The notes under the pieces: generated by a model
What the model saw: the letters and a program-made list of their open reading frames with translations, nothing else
Databases searched by the model: none
Told to the model about the DNA's origin: nothing
Assembly: GCA_038110525.1 (NCBI GenBank)
Contig: JAYNJV010000005.1
Location: 4,892-68,891, forward strand
From: Candidatus Poseidoniales archaeon
GTDB lineage: Archaea > Thermoplasmatota > Poseidoniia > Poseidoniales > Poseidoniaceae
Direction: 5' to 3'
DNA length: 64,000 bases
Shown: in pieces, positions 10,494 to 20,100 of the stretch
Numbering within the stretch: the stretch's first letter is position 1
Layout: each line of letters opens with the position of its first letter
Translations under genes and position numbers: made by a program

Positions 10494-12479
10494 ATGGATA
10501 TTGTTTTCTTCTTTGGTTTCGCTCTTATCCTCGCTTTGTACTTTCTTTCCCAATTTCTCGCTAAAGGAATCGGGGAGATGAAGTCAGTCTTCACTCAAAT
10601 TGGGTTGTTCATTCTCAAAAAGAATCCACCCGGCCTTGTTGACCTCTTCAACGATGAAGATGGTAGTGGTTCTAAGACTTGGATGAATTTCGGTATGCTT
10701 TGGTTCTTCTTTGCAGGCATTCTCGGATTCCTCGTTGGCTGGCACACTTACGACCCATCAGCACTCAATTCCTTGTCAAGTGTTGGTTGGTCGTACGATG
10801 ACGGTTCCGCCCTGCTCGAATTTACCGTCAATGCACTCAACACCGCATTACTCCTCGGCCTTATTGGAGGTGGTATGGTGGTCGTTTCTCGAAACGCAAA
10901 TGGTCGATTGGCAAGTGAATCCAACGCTTCGATGGTTGCTGTCCTCATTTCAGTGCTTCTCATCACCCGACTAATACTACCAGGTTTGATGGGTATTTTT
11001 GATATCGATACCTCATCAACAGGTGTTGTGATTCTATTGCTTTCTCTGGAAACACTTGCCATTGCCGCATTACTTATCCCAGTTCTCATTAATCTACTTG
11101 TGACCATTGGTCAATCAAACGGTTCGTCTCTTATGACAGGTTCATGGTTTGTCATTATGGCCGTCACCGTCAAGATTTTCGGATTGATGTTCATCTTCTT
11201 TGGTGAACTTGCAGACTCCACACAAACCGTTTGGCTTGGAGAACGAGTTGCAAATGGTTGGGCTATTCTTGCGTTGTTGATTGGAATGGGTTATTATGTG
11301 GTTCCCAAAGTTGCCGAGGCCCCAATTTGGTCCCCTTCCTTGCGAACTGCGAGCATGGTGCTCCTCTTCGTCACTCCCAGTGTCTTCTTTATGACCTCAT
11401 CCGACAGCAGTAATTTCTTGTCCAATGTAGGGGCCATCCTCCTAACATTGTCGATGCTACCACTCTTTGCAGCGAGTGTTAATATTCTCATGACTGCAAC
11501 TCATGGTTTTGACAAAGTGATGAATCATCCAGGCGCACTTGCTGTTCTTCTGGCATTTTTCCTCCTACCGTTTTTCGTGGTTGGTTCCTATTTCACAGCG
11601 ATGGATGTCTTCGTTGGAGCAGGTGAAATGACAAGCCTCGCAGCCGTTATCGATGTCGGAGCAATGTTCACGATCGGAGGCTTGGTCCTCGTTGGAACTG
11701 TTTACACAACCTATCCGTTAGCGTCTGGTAAAAAGTTACCATCCTCATCGACTGCACATCTATCTGTCTACATGATTTTCGTCGGTGGACTTGCATCAAC
11801 AATTGCCTATACTATTGGTGAATTTTCAACAATGACCGTAAATGCGCTCGCTCTCGAAGATGTTACTGCTGATGTTGGTGGATACTACCTCACCGGGTCG
11901 GTGTTGTTCTATATTCTCCCCATTGGTGCACTCTTTGCAACACTTCTCATGATTCGAACAGGCATTTCGAGGTCGGCCCAAGACGTCATGGCACAAGAAG
12001 CTGATATCAAATCGTACACGCTGGTTTCCGGCGCAAAAACAACCATTCGAGACCTCATCGGTCGGGGTGTTGGCATCGATACCGTTCTGGTGCTCGCCCA
12101 AGATGGGGATGCAGAAGGAGGCACAACACTCATATCTGTTGGTGCTACTTTGCATGACGATGAAATCACCGAAATTCCAGATAAAGAAGTAGACCACCTC
12201 CTTGTTCTTCTTGCCAATCATCTCGTTGATGAAAAGAAATCTGTTTTTGATTTGTTCCGCCAATCCGACAAGGATGCAAGTGGTTCAATTGATGACCAAG
12301 AATTGAGGGATATTTTTTCAGGCTTGGGACAAGACCTTACTGATGCACAAACTACAGCATTAGTGCGCCGATTTGATATCGATGGAGATGGCTCGATCAA
12401 CCTTCCAGAGTTGGACATTCAAATCGCTCTTACCAATGCGGCATACAATGTATCATCATCCTCAGAAGAAGAAGAATGA
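10494..12479 (+). CDS. polytopic (about 13-14 TM) membrane protein with C-terminal EF-hand pair; function unknown
   Basis: 661-aa ORF with GAGGTG at 10483-10488 before the ATG. Two canonical EF-hand loops: DKDASGSIDDQE (12267-12302) and DIDGDGSINLPE (12375-12410). Confidence 0.7.
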   Translation: MDIVFFFGFALILALYFLSQFLAKGIGEMKSVFTQIGLFILKKNPPGLVDLFNDEDGSGSKTWMNFGMLWFFFAGILGFLVGWHTYDPSALNSLSSVGWSYDDGSALLEFTVNALNTALLLGLIGGGMVVVSRNANGRLASESNASMVAVLISVLLITRLILPGLMGIFDIDTSSTGVVILLLSLETLAIAALLIPVLINLLVTIGQSNGSSLMTGSWFVIMAVTVKIFGLMFIFFGELADSTQTVWLGERVANGWAILALLIGMGYYVVPKVAEAPIWSPSLRTASMVLLFVTPSVFFMTSSDSSNFLSNVGAILLTLSMLPLFAASVNILMTATHGFDKVMNHPGALAVLLAFFLLPFFVVGSYFTAMDVFVGAGEMTSLAAVIDVGAMFTIGGLVLVGTVYTTYPLASGKKLPSSSTAHLSVYMIFVGGLASTIAYTIGEFSTMTVNALALEDVTADVGGYYLTGSVLFYILPIGALFATLLMIRTGISRSAQDVMAQEADIKSYTLVSGAKTTIRDLIGRGVGIDTVLVLAQDGDAEGGTTLISVGATLHDDEITEIPDKEVDHLLVLLANHLVDEKKSVFDLFRQSDKDASGSIDDQELRDIFSGLGQDLTDAQTTALVRRFDIDGDGSINLPELDIQIALTNAAYNVSSSSEEEE

Positions 12480-12488
12480 GGGTCTCTT

Positions 12489-13769
12489 GTGAAAATTGGT
12501 TTGGTTGGCAAACCAAATGTCGGTAAATCGACGTTCTTTAGTTCCTCAACATTAGCCCATGTTGACATTGCGAATTATCCTTTTTGCACCATTGACCCCA
12601 ACATAGGTATTGCTTACGTACGTTCACCTATGCCATGTCCTTGCCTTCAATTACGAGAAAAAGCAGAATCTGAGGGGCGTGGCCACCAATATCCATCGAG
12701 TGAAGAGCGAAAAGGCAGTATTTGTCAACCACGAACTGGTTTTTGTGTGGGCCACCAACGGTTTATTCCTGTTCAACTTGTCGATGTCGCTGGACTTGTT
12801 CCAGGAGCCCATGAAGGAAGGGGAAGAGGAAACGCATTTCTGGCTGATTTGTCTCACTGTGATGCTTTGATTCACATTTTCGATGCATCGGGTTCGACAG
12901 ATATAGAAGGTCAATTCTTGGGCTTTGACCAATCGTATGAAAGTATAGTCCAACGCTCCAAAGAAGATATACAATTTTTACAAGATGAATTAGATTCATG
13001 GATTTTCCAACTCCTTGCCGAGGGTTGGAGTCGAGGAACAAGAAGAGTTCAATCAGAAGGTGAGCGTGGCTTTGCATCATTTTTGCTTGATAAATTGAGT
13101 GGTATTGGGGCTCAATCGGTGCATATCAATCAAACAATTCAAGACTTCATACTACAAGGTGGAGATATATCAACACCGTGGTCGTTGAATGAAGCCCAAC
13201 AAAAAAATCTTGCAACAATGTTACGCAATCGAATATTTCCAATTGTGTATGCAGGGAATAAATGTGATAAATCATTCAATCTCCAAAGTCTAATGCAAGA
13301 CCTTCATGTTCAATTTACACCTTGCTTATCCGATTTAGAATTGGCACTTCGAAGGGCTTCAGAATCCAAAATCATTGATTATATTCCAGGTGAAAATACG
13401 TTTTCAATCCGAGATCGAGCTGACCTCAATGATGCCCAAAAGAAAGCGCTTGAACAAATGAAAAACCTTCTTGAGAAACATGGTTCTACAGGAATTCTTC
13501 CGTTACTTGAGCACATAATTTTTGATATTCTTCATCAGGTTGTTGTCTATCCCGTCCAAGATGAAAATCACTGGGTCGATGGGGAAGATCGGATTTTACC
13601 TGATGCCTTCCTCGTTTCATCAGATTCAACTTGCAAAGAAATGGCGTATAAGGTTCACACCGACCTTGGGGAAGGTTTCATCCGAGCCATTCACGGAGTG
13701 ACAAAACGTACGATTGGTGCAGATTATGTTGTGCAAAACAACGATGTCATCAAGATTCATTCAAAATGA
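12489..13769 (+). CDS. Obg-like GTPase of the YchF/Ygr210 type with C-terminal TGS-like domain
   Basis: G1 GKPNVGKST, G3 DVAGLVPGAHEG, G4 NKCD, and a C-terminal beta-grasp-like NDVIKIH. GTG start. Confidence 0.8.
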   Translation: MKIGLVGKPNVGKSTFFSSSTLAHVDIANYPFCTIDPNIGIAYVRSPMPCPCLQLREKAESEGRGHQYPSSEERKGSICQPRTGFCVGHQRFIPVQLVDVAGLVPGAHEGRGRGNAFLADLSHCDALIHIFDASGSTDIEGQFLGFDQSYESIVQRSKEDIQFLQDELDSWIFQLLAEGWSRGTRRVQSEGERGFASFLLDKLSGIGAQSVHINQTIQDFILQGGDISTPWSLNEAQQKNLATMLRNRIFPIVYAGNKCDKSFNLQSLMQDLHVQFTPCLSDLELALRRASESKIIDYIPGENTFSIRDRADLNDAQKKALEQMKNLLEKHGSTGILPLLEHIIFDILHQVVVYPVQDENHWVDGEDRILPDAFLVSSDSTCKEMAYKVHTDLGEGFIRAIHGVTKRTIGADYVVQNNDVIKIHSK

Positions 13770-14156
13770 TCAATGACCTTTAGGACGCTCATATTGAGGC
13801 GTCAATCGAGCCATATCACCTGAGAATTTTCCACTTCTGTAAATAAACCACACAGGGCCGAGGGCGGTTAAGAGAAGAATCAGAATAAGGAAAAAAGTTC
13901 CCCAAGGGTCAACGTTGGAGAGGAACATCACCCAAAGAGTCCAAAGAATTGGAATGTAAAGTAGAATGCTGTATCTCCTTGCAACAATTCCGAATCGTGC
14001 GTTTGCAAGGTCGCCACTGTACATGTTGGGCGCATCTTCTTTGGATATCAGTCCGAGGTCAAGTCCACAACGAACACAAACCTGGGTTTTTGGCCCATTG
14101 CCATGAATAAATTGTTCGCGCGGATATGTACTGGCACAGTGTCTGCACGTTGGCAT
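13770..14156 (-). CDS. zinc-ribbon membrane protein
   Basis: CRHC...CVRC zinc-ribbon pairs are followed by two TM helices. Its stop directly abuts the GTPase stop (TGATCA at 13767-13772). Confidence 0.5.
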   Translation of the reverse strand: MPTCRHCASTYPREQFIHGNGPKTQVCVRCGLDLGLISKEDAPNMYSGDLANARFGIVARRYSILLYIPILWTLWVMFLSNVDPWGTFFLILILLLTALGPVWFIYRSGKFSGDMARLTPQYERPKGH

Positions 14157-14184
14157 AGTCTCCCCAACCTATCGGAATTGAAAC

Positions 14185-16407
14185 TCATTCTTCAACAATG
14201 CGTTTCCTGTTTAAGAAATTTGAGAAAATAATCTCTCCTGATTGGGAACCAACGGACTCTGGATGAAATTGAACACCATAGACCGGTAATTTTGAATGTG
14301 CAATCGCCATGATTTCTCCATGTTCATCGGTTGATGTGATAATGAAATCATGTTTATCTTTTGGTTGCAACACAAGAGAATTATACCGAGTAAATTTCCA
14401 AGGCGATTGAATTTTATTGAACAAACCTGTAGCACCGTGATGCATTTCGCAAGGCTTGCCGTGAACTGGTCCAAAGGGTGATTCTAGAAGTTCGAATCCA
14501 CCATGCAGTCCAATTGCTTGGTGGCCTAAACACACACCAAGCACGGATTGTTTGAGTTTACCTTGCACTGCGAGTTGTGCAATCGTGTAACTAAATAATA
14601 CATTTTCAGGTCGTCCAGGACCTGGGCCTATGACGATAAAATGAGCCGGATGACTCGTGATCCATTGCAGAATCTCATCTTCTTTCATATCTGAAAAAGG
14701 AGGTAGTCGTGCTTGCACCATTTGAACAGAGTACCCTTTAGCAGTGATAGAATGCACAATATTCATCGAGAATGAATCTAAATTATCTACAAAAAGGACA
14801 TCAGCATTGATTGGAGCAATATCGAGGCGTAAATCTCCTACGAGATTTTTAATTCGCTGCCAATTCCTTTCTCTTGGCAAACTGAAAATTTTGATAGGAT
14901 GTTGTGATGATTTTTGCTGACTGGGAATCCATCCAGCTGCATGCAGTAATGGTCTTGCTTTTTGAAATGCCTCATCGACTTCAGAATGTGGATCTGATGA
15001 GATTGTGATCCCACCACCAGCAGCGATTTTTCCGTACCATTGTTTACCATCAAATGTTGCCTCAAGGGTTCGAATGAGAATATTCCATGTGGCGTTGTTG
15101 GAACATGGGTCGAACCAACCAATTGAACCAGTCCAAAATGAACGTCCTTGTTGTTCGATTTGATTGATGACATGACAAACCATGGTTCGAGGACAACCAG
15201 TAATTGAACCACCAGGGAATACAGCCTCAATTGTATGTGAAGATGATACATCTCTCTTGAGTTTGCCAGAAATTCGACTTACAAGATGTTGAACGCTGGC
15301 ATACTGCTCAATATCAAAGCGGTCAACTTTGACACTTCCAACTTCGCAAATTAGTCCGAGGTCATTCCTCATGAGGTCAACAAGCATGCGATGTTCAGCC
15401 CGTTCTTTGTCATCATTGAGGAGCATAGAACGGGCAATTTCATTTTCATGTTCGTCAACTCCAGTATGTATAGTCCCCTTAATTGGAGCAGTATGGATGT
15501 AATCGTCAATTGATTCAAGCAAACACTCTGGCGAACTTGAGACAAGGGATATACCTTCATCTTTGATTTCAAAAAAAGCTGAATATGGTGCAGGATTCAT
15601 ATCGTCTAACGCACAGAAGGTTTGCCAAGGATTGCTTTGTAAACGACCTTGCCAAACTTGACCAATGTTGACTTGATACACGGTACCTTCGACAATTTTT
15701 CGTTGAATATGTTCAATATTTTCAACATAATGACCATCGGTTAATCGTGTTGAAAAATCCATTTGTTGGAATTTTCGCTGAAGGCTCTCTTGTTTCAAAT
15801 CAAATTCAAGTGGCGGGTTCCAATTCGATGAGGCGATTTTAAAGATGGAAAATTTTTGTTCGAGACAATCGTAGACGCACCCTTGTTCAACCAAGTAAAA
15901 ACAAGCCAGAAGTTCTCCTTCATTTGGGTTGTATTGAAGGTGAAGAGGTTGAGTCCATTGTACAACATCGTACGACAATGCAGCAACCCAGAACGGTTGT
16001 GCAGGTAACTTTTGATGTGGTATCGATTCAAAAAGAGAATTTGGAGTGAGCAGCCGTAATTCATCGATAGCCTTCGAAAGACTGTCAAACTTAAACCGCT
16101 GTTTGTGATACCAAGCACCATGCTTCCATTCTTCAATTTCTAAATCAAAGTTCATTGGTTGTTGATTGATGTTGATGTTGGAGAAGTCAGGTTCGGCTTG
16201 CTGATTGATTGATGATGTATCCGGTTGTCGAATCGTTGCTCTCAACCTTGAAGGGCCACAAAGCAAAGAAAAGGTTGCTAAATGTGTTGCTGGGCCACCA
16301 GAGTGAAGCAGCACACAATCTGGGCTGCCGAATCTGTTGGCTTTTTCTCCCAGCCAGCCTTGATCGTGCCACAAATTTTTGAGTTGTAATAATTCATGCA
16401 CAACCAT
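14185..16407 (-). CDS. pabB: aminodeoxychorismate synthase, fused component I (PabB, N-terminal) and glutamine amidotransferase (PabA, C-terminal)
   Basis: Chorismate-binding motifs: SPECLL, APIKGT (Lys typical of PabB rather than TrpE), FPGGSITGCP, GGGITISSDP. GATase triad motifs: GVCLGHQ and VQFHPES. ATG at 16407 overlaps the pabC stop by 1 nt. The 47-aa N-terminal extension in the track ORF is rejected. Confidence 0.8.
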   Translation of the reverse strand: MVVHELLQLKNLWHDQGWLGEKANRFGSPDCVLLHSGGPATHLATFSLLCGPSRLRATIRQPDTSSINQQAEPDFSNININQQPMNFDLEIEEWKHGAWYHKQRFKFDSLSKAIDELRLLTPNSLFESIPHQKLPAQPFWVAALSYDVVQWTQPLHLQYNPNEGELLACFYLVEQGCVYDCLEQKFSIFKIASSNWNPPLEFDLKQESLQRKFQQMDFSTRLTDGHYVENIEHIQRKIVEGTVYQVNIGQVWQGRLQSNPWQTFCALDDMNPAPYSAFFEIKDEGISLVSSSPECLLESIDDYIHTAPIKGTIHTGVDEHENEIARSMLLNDDKERAEHRMLVDLMRNDLGLICEVGSVKVDRFDIEQYASVQHLVSRISGKLKRDVSSSHTIEAVFPGGSITGCPRTMVCHVINQIEQQGRSFWTGSIGWFDPCSNNATWNILIRTLEATFDGKQWYGKIAAGGGITISSDPHSEVDEAFQKARPLLHAAGWIPSQQKSSQHPIKIFSLPRERNWQRIKNLVGDLRLDIAPINADVLFVDNLDSFSMNIVHSITAKGYSVQMVQARLPPFSDMKEDEILQWITSHPAHFIVIGPGPGRPENVLFSYTIAQLAVQGKLKQSVLGVCLGHQAIGLHGGFELLESPFGPVHGKPCEMHHGATGLFNKIQSPWKFTRYNSLVLQPKDKHDFIITSTDEHGEIMAIAHSKLPVYGVQFHPESVGSQSGEIIFSNFLNRKRIVEE

Positions 16408-17177
16408 CACTCCAATGAACTCCAAGATATCTTGTTGCTTTGATGTTGAATGTAGAGTTGATGAATTTCGTTGGTGATGCTTTGACTTGAACCAATTGGG
16501 ATTGAATCGATTTCGATGATTTGAGCAAAACCCACCCCTGTTCCGCACACAAATAATTCCCTACAACTCCGAATCATTCGCTCGGTTAAGCAACCAAATT
16601 GTATCGCAAATCCTTGTTGCTCCAATTTATTTTGGATTGCTTCGAAGGTTGTGCTTGCAACTCCACCGAATTGTTGAGATGAAATCCATAACACACCGTC
16701 TTCAGAAATGAGGCAGGGCGTTGCTCGGTCAGCATCAACTACATTGTTTTCATGCATGAATAATGCAATATCAAACTGGTGTTGATTTGCAATATCTCTT
16801 GCTTCCAAATATGGGCGCCATGCTCCATGCTTGCAACCGGTTATCGCTCCAGACCAACGTGGTGCTGCAATACTCATAGCTCGCAAATATGCTTGATAGG
16901 GTGGCAGTGTGCGTGTTGAAATTTTTACATTGCCATCGGCATGGACTTCTATTTTGAGGAGTTCATTTGGTCTGTGTGGTTGAGATTCGTTCTTGAGATG
17001 TGGCTGCATTTGTTTGAATACTTCAGATTCTAATGAAAGAGGCAATTGAAGGCCTAAACGGTCCGCATGATGTTTCATTCGATTGATATGAAGTCGGCCA
17101 TCGAGAAGATTTCCACGCCCATCCCATACGCAGGTCGTAAATACTGCGTCAGCAGGTTGCATCTCAGCCAAAGCCAT
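16407..17177 (-). CDS. pabC: class IV aminotransferase-fold protein, aminodeoxychorismate lyase candidate
   Basis: Fold-type IV-like C-terminus (RELFVCGTGVGFAQIIEID). The call rests partly on position directly upstream of, and translationally coupled to, pabB. ATG at 17177; the track start at 17192 is TTG. Confidence 0.55.
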   Translation of the reverse strand: MALAEMQPADAVFTTCVWDGRGNLLDGRLHINRMKHHADRLGLQLPLSLESEVFKQMQPHLKNESQPHRPNELLKIEVHADGNVKISTRTLPPYQAYLRAMSIAAPRWSGAITGCKHGAWRPYLEARDIANQHQFDIALFMHENNVVDADRATPCLISEDGVLWISSQQFGGVASTTFEAIQNKLEQQGFAIQFGCLTERMIRSCRELFVCGTGVGFAQIIEIDSIPIGSSQSITNEIHQLYIQHQSNKISWSSLE

Positions 17178-17188
17178 CGAGTATGCCC

Positions 17189-20100
17189 TCAAAGTAGGTC
17201 GTCCAAAAATGATGTGTCAATTGTTGATGGTGTATATTGTTGAGGGTTTTGCGTTGGTTGGCTGAATTGTTGAGTTGGCTGTTGTACTGGTTGAAGGACT
17301 GGTTGAGCGGGTTGGTACACTTCTCTTCCATATGCACCTACTTGTTGGTAGGATTGTGGTTGCTCCGGTACTTGTGTTGATTGTGGCGAACCATATCCTG
17401 TTTCGTTCCAATCGGAATTGGTTTCAATGCCCCATGTTGATTCTTGTAATTCCCAATCCTTCGACACTCGACTTGAACCGCCAGAACCTCCACGGCCACG
17501 AACGACCATGATAAGAATGATGAGCAGGAGAAGAGCTAAGCCAATAGCAAGAAGTAATTCTTGGCTCATCAAGGCATTGATTGAGAACTCGGTCTCGTCA
17601 GAATCTTGGTTGGTCGAACCCGTAGAATCTTCAACGCTGTTCAGCACGACTGGAATCACATCTTTTTCCATACCTAAGGTATTGAACGGTGCAACAGCAA
17701 TGTACCACCGTGATGTGTTGACTAAATCCGGATAGATTTCATTGTTGATGACAAATGATGTAGCACCTGCAATTTCGATGACAAAATCGGCTTCATCTGT
17801 GGTTGAATATCCTTCATTCAAAATGTAAATTCTCATTCCATCTACTCTGTCATCAACTGGATTTTGCCATTGCACTAAAATGTCCTTCTCATTGACCCAA
17901 GATACTTTCACATCCGTTGGTTTGCTGAGCGGGTCGTTGGCTGAGAATCCACCGTTGTCGATGGATTGACCTTGGGCAACAAGAAGGTTTGACTTGTACG
18001 CGTTTCCAGAAGCGTCCACCGCTACAACAGCAATCCAGATATCCAAGCCAGCAAGTATTGGCGTATCGCCTGCGAGGAGTTCAATTCGCACTGGTAACTC
18101 AGGGGCCCGATGAAGAACAACGAGAGGTGTTGTTGGTCCATCTCCGCCAACGCTGACATCTGAGAACGCCCAAGTAGCACCATAGATTTCGTAAGATGAA
18201 ATATCGGATGCATCAGAGAGGTCGAAATCAACAAATATCGCACTACCATCATCGTTTGGCACGTCTGAAATTTCAACAGAGTCGAGTCGATTAGGTGGTG
18301 TGTTATCGTTGATGTTGTCAATTGGCGTTACTGTTGCTTGAATCAAATCGTCGACATGGACGTTTCCTTTCAAGTCATGGACTGTCACCACAACATAGAG
18401 TTTGATGTCCGGTTTAATCAGCTGAGGCGTTGTAGCAAGTAGGTCTTGACCACCATAGAGGCCGGTGGAAATTGTCAATTCAATCGGATTTGTTTTTTCG
18501 TCGATCCACTGCTTTGAGAAGGTAAAACATCCGCAGGTTTCAGCATTCGTGCCACGTGATGCGTACAACCATGAAATATCATTCAATGGTTTATCGGCGA
18601 CCCAAATCGTGTAGGATGAGAAGTCATCTGCTTCGGAAGGAGACCATATGACATCGATGGCCGTTCCGTCGTCATCGGGATGGTCAAAGGCCATGATATT
18701 GGTAATTCTATCAGGAATTGAGCCCTTACCCACTACATTTTGCAACGGTGTAGCCGTTACGAGAGTCACGGCAGTGAGGTCGGCATTGAGCCATGCATCG
18801 AAGGCCACAACACCAATTGCATACATTCTTCCATCCACCAATGGAATACCGTCGAGTTGATTGATGATGACTTCGGTTTCATCGCAAGGACTGACGATGG
18901 TCGCTTGTGAAAAAGATGTAACATCTCCTTGTTCAATATCCGGCAGTTCAACATCAATATCCCATGGAGACATGTACACGGCATAAAATGAACAGTCAGA
19001 TGCTGTGCTTTCATTCCAACGAACGACGATTCTTCCACCTTCGTCGTCAGGTACATCTTCGGCTGAAGTGCCTTCAACTGGTGGTGGGGCTTGTTCGTCA
19101 TTCAGGTCTCCAGTTGGAACAATAGGTCCGATAACTGTCACATCTGATTTGTTCTCTTGGCCCGATTCATCTTCACATGTAAATCCAATCCAATATGGTG
19201 TTTGTGGGGTAAGTGTGATGATTGAAGTATTACCTTCATTGACATCAAATGTCGAATGAGCCTTCAAACCGACCACGTCATTAAATTGTGATTTCGACAC
19301 GTAGACATTGGTTGATGCAAGGTCCAAAGCGGTACATCTTGCCCACTCTAATTCTATTTCACCATCTGCACCGTTTAAGTGTGGTTGTGCCATTGCCCAT
19401 AAAGGAGGTCGTGGGATTTCATCGGAAGGTGATGCTGGCCCAATTTGTGAAGGAATGTTACCCCATCGACCATCGTTGTATTGTGTGACCACAAGGGCGT
19501 AATAATCGGTTCCATCGACAAGGGATTGTCCATTTGCAGTTGAAACATCCGTTGAAGTTCGACTGTGTAATGATATGATTTTATCTGGCGTTCTTTGACT
19601 TAGGTCGAGTTCTGTTGGAGCTATTGACCATGGCCCTTCGTTGATGAAGACAAGGTATTGTGAAAAATCAGGGTCGTGAATGAGTGACCATTCGACCATC
19701 AATGTTGAACCACCATCATCTGGCCGATCGTAGAGCGAATTCATTTGAATTGGAGTATCTCGACGAATAAAGTCGTAACTTAATCGAATCAATATGGAAC
19801 CATTTTGAGGCGATTGGAGCGTAAGTGACACATGTTGGGTGTTGTTGAGTAACATTCCAGAGTCAATTGCATATTGCAAGTTCGATTGTAAATTGACATC
19901 GTTTGATAGGTTGATGATGGCGTTGTATTTCAAATCGACAAGTTGCGTCCAAACCATGGCGTTATCCACTGGAGAGGTAAACATGAGTGGCATTGTAGAG
20001 AACTGTGTGTTGTGAGGGCCAGTAACATCACCGGCTAGATTAAGTTGCAATGGGTTGGTTGAATCGATGAGTGAGATTGTTTGGCCTACATGAGTTTGCG

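Noticed and set aside
16408-16548. 47-codon upstream extension of the pabB-pabA ORF.
   Set aside because: It overlaps the 3' end of pabC in another frame and encodes implausible His/Asn/Arg-rich sequence. ATG 16407 gives the classic stop/start overlap.
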